Positions 24,552 through 31,977 of a stretch of DNA of 33,148 bases are shown here, in pieces. The stretch lies in assembly GCA_036376595.1 (NCBI GenBank), contig DASVAA010000134.1, positions 1 to 33,148 on the forward strand, written 5' to 3'. This DNA is from Ktedonobacterales bacterium (lineage in GTDB: Bacteria; Chloroflexota; Ktedonobacteria; Ktedonobacterales; JADMIN01). The notes below the pieces were generated by a model. It did no database searches. It was not told the DNA's origin and was given only the letters and a program-made list of their open reading frames with translations. The position numbers and the translations under genes were made by a program. Numbering within the stretch: position 1 is the stretch's first letter; every line of letters begins with the position of its first letter.

Positions 24552-24810
24552 CGTGGCTCCCCAGCGCTTCGTGGCCGATGATCTCGTCATGACGCTCGAT
24601 TGCATCAGGCGGCGTGACCTCGAAGGCGCCGTAGAAACCCTCCCAGGGGCCGCCGGCAGCGGCAGCACGTACGTCATCAGGCAGATTCGGCCCGCCTGAT
24701 AGCCCCTGAACCAGCGCGGCGAGCACCTCCTCCGGCGTGCGATGGTGCTGGGCCGCGTAGCTAGCGAGTTGTTGATAGAGCTCGTCAGGGAGGGACAACA
24801 TCTGGCTCAT
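24538..24810 (-). CDS. RHH-type antitoxin (VapB-like) cognate to the PIN gene
   Basis: MSQMLSLPDELYQQLASYAAQHHRTPEEVLAALVQGL…; its stop overlaps the PIN ATG by 14 nt (ATGTTGTCGAGTAG), a typical TA translational coupling. Confidence 0.6.
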   Translation of the reverse strand: MSQMLSLPDELYQQLASYAAQHHRTPEEVLAALVQGLSGGPNLPDDVRAAAAGGPWEGFYGAFEVTPPDAIERHDEIIGHEALGSHDVVE

Positions 24811-25117
24811 GGTCGCTCCTCCGCCTTCCCCTCATTTGATTGCCGGCGCGACTCCGTCCTCATAGTAGCACACGGTCGAGAGGGGGTCAGACGTGCAACA
24901 TCGCATGTAACCAGTACGTCATAGCGCGAGTGCTGCTTCCCCAAGTACCAAGAGCCAAGTGTGTCAGCCCGCCAGTTATCCGCATCTCATCCCGCTCATG
25001 TGGTATACTGAGCTCTGCGCGCGTGAGCATATGCAGTGCCTGCCGGTCGCACGAGGATGCTCGCGAGGCCGCGCTCCGATACACGACCACCACACGGCGC
25101 GAGAGAGGAACATCACA

Positions 25118-25310
25118 CATGGCGAAGAAGGGCGAGCTTTCCAAGACGGCGCGCGCCTCGCTGGCGCTGCGCGGCGAGGAGCAGAATTTCGTCACCGACC
25201 GCGTCTGCGCTCAGTGCGGCCAGCCGATCATGGTCAAGGACCTCCAGCCGGTCAAGATCATGGGCAAGGGCATGGTCTACTACCATAAGAACCATTTCAA
25301 CGTCGGCTAA
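25118..25310 (+). CDS. Small (63 aa) basic protein with a CxxC…HxxH zinc-ribbon-like motif; apparently strongly expressed (strong RBS, extended -10, intrinsic terminator)
   Basis: MAKKGELSKTARASLALRGEEQNFVTDRVCAQCGQPIMVKDLQPVKIMGKGMVYYHKNHFNVG. RBS AGAGAGGAA 8 nt upstream. A TGgTATACT extended -10 lies at 25000-25008. The terminator is at 25339-25372. Confidence 0.55.
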
Positions 25311-25338
25311 TACCGCACCCGGCTATGAACGGTTCGAT

Positions 25339-25372
25339 GCGCCTCTACCAACGTTGGTAGGGGCGCTTTTTC
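25339..25372 (+). terminator. Rho-independent terminator
   Basis: GCGCCTCTACCAAC-G-TTGGTAGGGGCGC stem followed by TTTTT. Confidence 0.65.
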
Positions 25373-25445
25373 ATGCCCGCGCCCACGCTCTGCGGCGAGC
25401 GACCAGCTTCCCCAACGTCCAGGTGGCAGCAGCGCTCGCGCGCGG

Positions 25446-25509
25446 TATGATGCATATCATACACTTATGGTCCGCAAACATTGACGTTTACGTGAAGCTG
25501 CTGTATACT
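25446..25509 (+). promoter_or_regulatory. Sigma-70-type promoter TTGACG-17-TATACT (25481-25509) preceded by an AT-rich dyad TATGAT-GCAT-ATCATA (25446-25461); candidate operator for the MFS exporter gene
   Basis: The hexamers and the 17-nt spacer were read directly; the dyad is a striking AT-rich palindrome in a ~70% GC background. Confidence 0.5.
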
Positions 25510-25552
25510 AGAGTAAGCGCCTGGTTCTCGCGCGGGAGGGGAGAAAGCGATC

Positions 25553-27052
25553 GTGGTCAGCATTCGGGGGATCGTCGCGAGCGGGCGGCTGGGTGGCAGG
25601 AGGAGAGCAGCGGCTCGTGGCGGCAAGGGCGTATCCCCTTCCGGCTCCGGCGGCGTCTTCTCAGCGCTGCGCTATCGCAATTATCGTCTCTTCTGGTTCG
25701 GGCAGCTCATCTCCGTCACCGGCACCTTCATGCAGAGCACCGCGCAGGCCTGGCTGGTGCTCACCCTGACCCCCAATCCGCTCGCGCTGGGCCTCATCGG
25801 CGCGCTGCAGTTCGGTCCGCTGCTGGTGCCGTTCGGCGGCGTCATCGGCGACCGCTTTCCGCGGCGCAAGGTGCTCGTCGCGACCCAGGCGGCCGCTGGC
25901 GTCCTAGCGCTGATCCTCTTCTTCCTGACGCTGACCCACCTCATCACGCTGTGGCAGCTCTATCTGCTCGCGCTCGGTCTGGGCATCGTCAACGCGGTGG
26001 ATATGCCGACCCGCCAGGCGTTCGTGAGCGAGATGGTGCCCTCCAACGACCTGCTCAACGCGGTCTCGCTCAACTCGGCGCAGTTCAACATGTCGCGCAT
26101 CGTCGGGCCGGGGTTGGCAGGGCTTGCCATCGCGCTCTTCGGCATGCCACCGCTGTTCTTCTTCAACGCCATTAGCTACGTCGCGGTGATCGTCGGGCTG
26201 GTAATGATGCGCCCGGCGGACCTGGTGCCGCAGCCACGGGCCGCGCTGGCGCACGGGGTGGCGCGCATTCGGGCAATGGGCGAAGGCTTCCGCTTCATGC
26301 TCTCGGACCCCATCATGCGCGTGACGCTGCTGATGATCGCCGTGACGGGCACGCTGGGCTTCAACTTCAACGTGCTGCTGCCACTGGAGGCGCGCACGCA
26401 GCTCGTCGCCGGCCCGCAGATCTTCGGCTTCCTGACGTCGGCGCTGGGTGTGGGAGCGCTAATCGGCGCGCTGACACTTGCCAAGCGCGGCGGCTCGCCG
26501 ACCAACAAACTGTTGATCTCGATGACCGGCGCCTTCGGCGTACTGGAGGCGGCGGCCGGGCTGACGCGCTCGGTGCCGGTCGCGCTGGTGCTCATCGCGT
26601 TTACCGGCTTTTTCATGAGCTCGTTCTCGGCGGCGGCCAACACGCGCACGCAGCTCGCCAGTCCGCCGGAGATCCGCGGCCGAGTGATGAGCGTCTACAC
26701 GATGGTCTTCGTCGGCACGACGCCGATCGGCAATCTGCTGGTGAGCGGCGTGGTCTCTGGTGGCGGCGTGACGGCTGGCTGGCTCGTGTCGGGTATTCCC
26801 TGCCTGCTGGTGGCTGTCGTGGCGGCGTGGCTGTGGCGCCGCTCTCCGGCGCGAGCCGCCGTGCGCGAAACGGTGGTCGAGGCGCCCGCGCCGGTTGCCG
26901 GCACATCGCCCGCGATGGCACTGCCCGCTCCGCCGGAGCTGCCGCTCCCCACCATGACGCCGCTGGCAACCCCGCGCCGCATGCCCGCCTCGCCCTCGCG
27001 CTCGATGCCCGGCGCACCGCGCCCCCAGCCACGCGCCGCAAACCGCGACTGA
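25553..27052 (+). CDS. MFS transporter, EntS/YbdA-like (MFS_3 'transmembrane secretion effector' family), with a Pro/Ala-rich C-terminal tail
   Basis: …ALRYRNYRLFWFGQLISVTGTFMQSTAQAWLVL… plus 12 hydrophobic segments. GTG start at 25553 with GGGAGGGGAG upstream. Confidence 0.8.
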   Translation: MVSIRGIVASGRLGGRRRAAARGGKGVSPSGSGGVFSALRYRNYRLFWFGQLISVTGTFMQSTAQAWLVLTLTPNPLALGLIGALQFGPLLVPFGGVIGDRFPRRKVLVATQAAAGVLALILFFLTLTHLITLWQLYLLALGLGIVNAVDMPTRQAFVSEMVPSNDLLNAVSLNSAQFNMSRIVGPGLAGLAIALFGMPPLFFFNAISYVAVIVGLVMMRPADLVPQPRAALAHGVARIRAMGEGFRFMLSDPIMRVTLLMIAVTGTLGFNFNVLLPLEARTQLVAGPQIFGFLTSALGVGALIGALTLAKRGGSPTNKLLISMTGAFGVLEAAAGLTRSVPVALVLIAFTGFFMSSFSAAANTRTQLASPPEIRGRVMSVYTMVFVGTTPIGNLLVSGVVSGGGVTAGWLVSGIPCLLVAVVAAWLWRRSPARAAVRETVVEAPAPVAGTSPAMALPAPPELPLPTMTPLATPRRMPASPSRSMPGAPRPQPRAANRD

Positions 27053-27060
27053 GGGGATAG

Positions 27061-28683
27061 CTACAGCGCGTCTTCAGGCACTAGCATGTCGAGCAGGCCG
27101 TCGCGTAGCGCAGCGGCCAGCGCCTCGATGTCAGGCGAGGGCGGGCGGTCGGCTTCGAGCGCCGGGACCACGCTACGTACGGCGTCGTAGGCGGCGATAA
27201 GCCGCGGACCGGGCACGAGCGGCTTGCGGAAGTCGAGCGCCTGCGCGGCGCAGATCAGCTCGATGGCAACCACGCGGAAGGCCAGATCAAGCGCCTGGCG
27301 CGCCTTGTTGGCCGACGTGACACCCATGCTGACGAAGTCTTCCTGGCCTGCCGAGGTGGGGATCGAATCAATGCTGGCTGGGTGGGCCAGCACCTTGATC
27401 TCGTTGACCAGCGCGGCGGCGACGTACTGCGCGATCATGTAGCCTGAATTGAGGCCCGGCTGCGGCGTCAGGAAGAGCGGCAGCGCGTTGGGGCCGGTAT
27501 CCCAATCGTGCGGGCCGAGCAGATTGTAGGTGCGGCGCTCGGCGAAGCTGGCGACCTGCGCGATGGCGATGGCGAGCACATCGAGCGCCAGCGCCAGCGG
27601 CTGGCCGTGGAAGTTGCCGCCGGTGAGTATCGCTTGGTCATCGGCGAAGATCAGTGGGTTATCGGTGACGGCGCCCAACTCGGCGGCGAAGACGCGCGTG
27701 CAGTAGTCCAGCGCGTCGCGGGCCGCGCCCAGCACCTGCGGCACGCAGCGCAGTGAGTAAGGGTCCTGCACGCGGCCACAGTCGGCGTGGCTGGGATTGA
27801 GCGTGCCGCCCGCCAGCAACGTACGCAGGCGGGCCGCGGTGCGCGCCTGGCCAGGCTGCGGGCGCAGCGCATGGAGGCGCGCGTCGAGCGGCACGTAGCT
27901 GCCCAGCAGTGCGTCGGTGGAGAGTGCGGCGGCGACCTCGGCCGCCCGCAACAGCCGCCAGGCATCGGCGATCGCCAGCGTGCCGCAGGCCTCCATCCCA
28001 TGCGTGCCGTTGATCAGTGCCAACCCCTCCTTGGCCGAGAGCGTGATGGGTGCCAGCCCTGCGCGGCGCAGCGCCTCGCCTCCGGCCATCCGGTCGCCCT
28101 GGTACCGCGCCTCGCCCTCGCCGATCAGCACCAGACTCAGATGCGCCAGCGGCGCCAGATCGCCGCTCGCCCCCACCGAACCGCGCATCGGCACCACAGG
28201 TGTGACCCCGCGATTGAGCATGCCCACCAGCAGCTCCAGCAGCTCCGGCCGCACACCGGAGTGGCCGCGGGCGAGGCTGTTGGCGAGCAGTAGCATGATG
28301 GCGCGCACGGCGGCGATGTCATATGGCTCACCCACGCCGCTGGCGTGGCTACGGATCAGGTTGCGCTGGAGGTCCGCGAGCTGATCCTGGGGAATCTTCA
28401 CGCGGCTCAGGTGGCCGAAGCCGGTGGTGACGCCGTAGACCGTCTCGTCGTTGGCGACAACATACTCGACGTAGTCCCGGCAGGCGCGCACGCGCTCCCA
28501 CGCGGCCGCCACGATGCTGACGGGCGCATCGCCGCGCGCTACGGCCACCACGTCGGCCAGCGAGAGACGCTCGCCGTCCACCCCGCCGATGACCACCGTC
28601 GGCTGGCCTTTCGTTTGCGTCTCGCGCGCGGCGTCACTCTTCGCGTGGGTACGATTCCGGCTATCCGCAGCCTGTCGTGGCAT
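27061..28683 (-). CDS. hutH: Histidine ammonia-lyase-type MIO enzyme (HAL/PAL/TAL family); the Ser-His selectivity pair suggests HAL
   Basis: The MIO-forming triad GSVGASGDLAPLAHL (Ala-Ser-Gly), plus …TGFGHLS…NLIRSHASGVG… (SH as in HALs) and …FHGQPLALALD…NSGYMIAQYVAAAL… The start was chosen at ATG 28681-28683 (AGGAGAG RBS) rather than the upstream in-frame 28830. No hutU/hutI/hutG are in the window. Confidence 0.75.
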   Translation of the reverse strand: MPRQAADSRNRTHAKSDAARETQTKGQPTVVIGGVDGERLSLADVVAVARGDAPVSIVAAAWERVRACRDYVEYVVANDETVYGVTTGFGHLSRVKIPQDQLADLQRNLIRSHASGVGEPYDIAAVRAIMLLLANSLARGHSGVRPELLELLVGMLNRGVTPVVPMRGSVGASGDLAPLAHLSLVLIGEGEARYQGDRMAGGEALRRAGLAPITLSAKEGLALINGTHGMEACGTLAIADAWRLLRAAEVAAALSTDALLGSYVPLDARLHALRPQPGQARTAARLRTLLAGGTLNPSHADCGRVQDPYSLRCVPQVLGAARDALDYCTRVFAAELGAVTDNPLIFADDQAILTGGNFHGQPLALALDVLAIAIAQVASFAERRTYNLLGPHDWDTGPNALPLFLTPQPGLNSGYMIAQYVAAALVNEIKVLAHPASIDSIPTSAGQEDFVSMGVTSANKARQALDLAFRVVAIELICAAQALDFRKPLVPGPRLIAAYDAVRSVVPALEADRPPSPDIEALAAALRDGLLDMLVPEDAL

Positions 28684-28703
28684 CGTCGCTCTCCTACTAG
28701 TCG

Positions 28704-28727
28704 CGGGCGTCCCCGGACGCCCCCTAC
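28704..28727 (-). promoter_or_regulatory. Copy of the GC palindrome (minus-strand reading GTAGGGGGCGTCCGGGGACGCCC) 21 nt upstream of the hutH start
   Basis: Read directly from the sequence. Confidence 0.55.
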
Positions 28728-29059
28728 ATGCCTCGTCGCCGGCCGCATCGCCAGCCAGTGCGCGCCCGCATCGCACCGTGATTGTACCATGCCCCGTCTG
28801 AGTCCCTGTACGTCGGGACAGTGCCGACACGCATTGTTGACTAATTTAGTTGACTTTATCTGGCAGTTCGGACTACGATGATCGGCGGCAAGTGGGCATG
28901 TTCTCTACGCGGTGCGAGCGAAGTCACGTGGCTGCCATCGCCCATGATCATTCGCACCCGTTGCGAGCCGCGGCCGGCACCCACAAGATGCGCGCGGCGA
29001 GCATGCCGCTTGGCGCGGATTCATCCGTCGGCCTTCATTTCAAGAAGGAGCAGGGCATC

Positions 29060-29980
29060 ATGTCGGATCCAGACCCCCAGGCGCAGGTACCGTCAACCAC
29101 CACCGAAACCGCGACGACTGAGCCGCCAGCACCGTACCTCGAACGGTTGAGCGATGGCTTGCAGCGCGTAGTCGGCACGCTCGCGGGCAACACGGGCAAG
29201 CCGCCGCGACTATGGAAGAGCCTGCTCTCGGGCACGTGGCTGCGCCACCCGCTGCACCCGCTGCTGACCGACGTGCCAGTGGGCGCGTGGCTGCTGACGG
29301 TGATCCTCGACATCATCTGGCTGATCTCACCTACAGGCAACGCCTGGGCGGCACGTGGGGCGGAAGTGACGGTGCTGATTGGTGTGCTGGCGGCGCTGGC
29401 AGCCGCGGTGACCGGTGCGGCGGACTGGAGCGACACGTATGGCCCCGAGCGGCGCACCGGCCTCTATCATGGTGCGCTGAACTTGCTGGCAGCGCTCGTC
29501 TACATCGTCTCGACCATCCTGCGCTTCACCTCGTCCGCGGGCGACACGACGCTGGCGGCGATCCTGGGCTTCATCGGCTTCGCGATTCTGACGGTGGGCG
29601 CGTACCTGGGCGGGACGATGGTCTTCGACCACGGCACGCAGGTCAACCACACGGCCTGGGAGCAGGCGCCAGAAGAATACGAGGCGGTGATGCCGGTGGC
29701 GGAGGCGACGGCCAACAAGCTCTATCGGGTGACGGTGGGCGGGGTGCCAGTGGTGCTGATCAAGCTGGGAGACAAGTACGCGGCGCTCGGCGCCACCTGC
29801 ACGCACGCCGGCGGACCGCTGGACGAGGGCGAGCTGCAAGGCGACGTGGTGCAGTGCCCCTGGCATGGCTCGCGCTTCCGCTTCCGCGACGGCCGTCCCG
29901 TGACGGGACCGGCAAGCATCGCCCAGCCGCGCTACGATGTACGGGTGCGCGACGGCCAGATCGAGGTCAAGCGCGCGTGA
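29060..29980 (+). CDS. DUF2231-like membrane domain fused to a C-terminal Rieske [2Fe-2S] domain
   Basis: N-terminal TM helices (…LHPLLTDVPVGAWLLTVILDIIWL…, …VLIGVLAALAAAVTGAADW…, …LLAALVYIVSTIL…, …FIGFAILTVGAYLGGTMVF) and a C-terminal Rieske motif CTHAGGPL…(17)…CPWHGSRF. AAGGAG RBS 9 nt upstream of ATG 29060. The track ORF start at 28850 was rejected. Confidence 0.75.
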   Translation: MSDPDPQAQVPSTTTETATTEPPAPYLERLSDGLQRVVGTLAGNTGKPPRLWKSLLSGTWLRHPLHPLLTDVPVGAWLLTVILDIIWLISPTGNAWAARGAEVTVLIGVLAALAAAVTGAADWSDTYGPERRTGLYHGALNLLAALVYIVSTILRFTSSAGDTTLAAILGFIGFAILTVGAYLGGTMVFDHGTQVNHTAWEQAPEEYEAVMPVAEATANKLYRVTVGGVPVVLIKLGDKYAALGATCTHAGGPLDEGELQGDVVQCPWHGSRFRFRDGRPVTGPASIAQPRYDVRVRDGQIEVKRA

Positions 29981-30025
29981 GGGTCCTCACCCCCCGGCAC
30001 CCTCGCCCCGGCGATGGCGAGGGGG
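29981..30025 (+). repeat. REP-like element copy immediately after the Rieske-fusion stop codon
   Basis: GGGTCCTCACCCCCCGGCACCCTCGCCCCGGCGATGGCGAGGGGG. Confidence 0.6.
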
Positions 30026-30275
30026 AACCAGAGGGATACGGGGAACGCGAAGGCCGCGATAGCCGGGCGCGAAGTTCGCGAAGGAGACCCTCACGCCCGG
30101 CAGCGGCGACGCGGACGTCGCCGCTACACTGTGGGCAGGTAGCGTCTCTAGCTCGTCCCGTTCCGATCTGTAGATCTGTAGTGGCGAGACCTGTCTCGCC
30201 TCTGCTGTCGCGAAGACGCGGGGCGGCCGAGGGGCATTCGACGAGCCGATGTATCCGCCCAACAAGGAGGTCAGC

Positions 30276-30641
30276 ATGACCCAACAATCTGCTGCCGCCA
30301 CCGCCCGCACATTTTCCGACGCCTGGACCAGCGGCGACTTCGAGACCGCCGCGAACGTTGTGGCGGAGGATGTCGTCTTCGATGGTCCGCTGGGCCACAC
30401 AGACGGCAAGGCGGCGTACATCGAGGGCCTCAAGGGTCTCTCGCGCTTTGTTGGCCTGACCAGCGCCAACATCCTGGCGGCGTACGGCGACGATACCCAG
30501 GCGCTGATCATGTACGAGTTGGTCACCAGCAATTTCGGCAACCTGCTCTGCGCCAAGCTGCTGACCTTCCGCGAGGGCAAGATCGCGCGCGATAGACTGA
30601 CCTTTGACAGCTACACGGTCCGGCAGGTCCAGGCCACATAG
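30276..30641 (+). CDS. SnoaL/NTF2-like small protein (ketosteroid-isomerase-like fold)
   Basis: MTQQSAAATARTFSDAWTSGDFETAANVVAEDVVFDGPLG… is a typical SnoaL_2 N-terminus. AAGGAGG RBS at 30262-30268. Confidence 0.6.
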   Translation: MTQQSAAATARTFSDAWTSGDFETAANVVAEDVVFDGPLGHTDGKAAYIEGLKGLSRFVGLTSANILAAYGDDTQALIMYELVTSNFGNLLCAKLLTFREGKIARDRLTFDSYTVRQVQAT

Positions 30642-30719
30642 CCACCTGCGGGACTACAATACACCAGGGCATCCAGAGCAACGTCTCGCTCGGAGCGACG
30701 TGAAAGGATACGGCACCAT

Positions 30720-31385
30720 ATGCAAATATTCCTCGATACGGCGGACATCAACGAAATCCGCGAAGCGGCGCGCTGGGGCATCCTCAGCGGCGTCACCACC
30801 AACCCGACGCTGATCATGAAGTCGTCGGGCAAGAGTCACGAAGCAGTGATCAAGGAGATCGCTGATATCGTGCAGGGTCCCGTCAGCGCCGAGACGGTCA
30901 GCCTCGACACCGCCGGGATGGTGGAGGAGGGCCGGCGCTTCGCGGCGTGGAGCCCGCACGTCGTCGTCAAGGTACCCTCGACGCCCAACGGCTGGGCGGC
31001 GGTCAAGCAGCTCAAGGCCGAGGGCATTCGTACCAACGTCACGCTCTGCTTCAGCGCCAATCAGGCGCTCTTCGCGGCGCTGGCTGGGGCCTACATCATC
31101 AGCCCGTTCGTCGGCCGACTGGACGACATCTCAGAGGACGGCTTGCAGGTAGTGCGCGACACCGTCGAGATCTACCTCAAGCATCACCTGGACACGCTCG
31201 TGCTGGCGGCCAGCATCCGTCACCCGCTGCACATCATCGAGGCCGCCAAGGCGGGCGCCGACATCGCCACCGTGCCCTACAAAGTGCTGGTGCAGGCGTC
31301 GAAGCACCCCCTCACCGACAAGGGCATCGAGACGTTCCTCGCCGACTGGAAGAAGTGGCAGGACGAGCAGGCGGCGCAGCGGTAA
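30720..31385 (+). CDS. tal: Transaldolase / fructose-6-phosphate aldolase (short TalC/Fsa subfamily)
   Basis: MQIFLDTADINEIREA…GVTTNPTLI…VVVKVPSTPNGWAAVKQLKAEGIRTNVTLCFS…SPFVGRLDD matches the 3B-type transaldolase signature, including the Schiff-base Lys in VKVP. Confidence 0.85.
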   Translation: MQIFLDTADINEIREAARWGILSGVTTNPTLIMKSSGKSHEAVIKEIADIVQGPVSAETVSLDTAGMVEEGRRFAAWSPHVVVKVPSTPNGWAAVKQLKAEGIRTNVTLCFSANQALFAALAGAYIISPFVGRLDDISEDGLQVVRDTVEIYLKHHLDTLVLAASIRHPLHIIEAAKAGADIATVPYKVLVQASKHPLTDKGIETFLADWKKWQDEQAAQR

Positions 31386-31387
31386 GA

Positions 31388-31430
31388 AGGGTCCTCACCC
31401 CCGGCCCCTCTCCTCTGCGGAGGCGAGGGG
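31388..31430 (+). repeat. REP-like element copy immediately after the transaldolase stop codon
   Basis: GGGTCCTCACCCCCGGCCCCTCTCCTCTGCGGAGGCGAGGGG. Confidence 0.6.
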
Positions 31431-31565
31431 AGACAGACCGCGCGGCCCGTAGGGGTGCATGCCATGCGCCACCTTTTCTCCCGGCGTGTGGGTTCCCTCA
31501 CTGGGCCAGGTGTAGGGGCGAGACATGTCCCGCCCGCGCCGTGGGGGCGGCGCGCATTCATTGCA

Positions 31566-31635
31566 TTCACACACTACCCACGGCGTGCTTCGTGGTATAA
31601 GCAGCAGGCGGTCTGAAGCACCGCGGGTAATCCCC
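31566..31635 (+). ncRNA. Conserved motif (copy B) GTGGTATAAGCAGCAGGCGGTCTGAAGCACCGCGGGTAATCC between convergent tal and the TIR-FGS gene
   Basis: Same motif as 23015-23080 with compensatory base-pair substitution in the hairpin; preceded by a TGgTATAAG extended -10-like box. Confidence 0.35.
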
Positions 31636-31744
31636 TCGGCGAGCATTGCGCGCAGACTCCAGCGATTCGCAATCACCTGGCATCGTCTCTACGCCGCAGT
31701 AACACCGCCCTGTCGCTTGCGCTCACGGCTGTCGCTGCAGCACG

Positions 31745-31786
31745 CTCTCGCCCTCCCCTCGGCGAGTGGGGCCGGGGGTGAGGACT
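31745..31786 (-). repeat. REP-like element copy (inverted) downstream of the TIR-FGS gene
   Basis: The minus strand reads GGAGTCCTCACCCCCGGCCCCACTCGCCGAGGGGAGGGCGAGAG. Confidence 0.55.
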
Positions 31787-31977
31787 CCAATCGTCGCTTG
31801 TTCGCCGCTAGGTTGCCGTGAGAATCGCGTGGCCGAGAAGAGAAGAACATCCTGAATCGAGAAACGAGAGCACAGAGACTAGGGCGAGCTATGAGCCGAC
31901 GAGAGGAGCACAACGCGGAAACCGATGCGGCCATCGGAGATGTCGGGACGGGAATTGTTGCGGAAGGCGGCGCGCAC

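Noticed and set aside
24117-24677. Frameshift in the PIN gene (two track ORFs, 24117-24419 and 24453-24677)
   Set aside because: Counting shows exactly 33 nt between the TAA and the next Met, so both halves are in the same frame. The lesion is an in-frame nonsense codon, not a frameshift
23888-24810. Integrated mobile element/prophage at the tRNA-Arg 3' end
   Set aside because: No integrase, transposase or direct repeat of the tRNA 3' end could be found within the next ~1.5 kb. Only the small TA remnant is present
28836-28880. Duplicated TTGACT hexamers (28836, 28849) as a promoter for the Rieske-fusion gene
   Set aside because: No convincing -10 at the correct spacing could be assigned by eye; left unannotated
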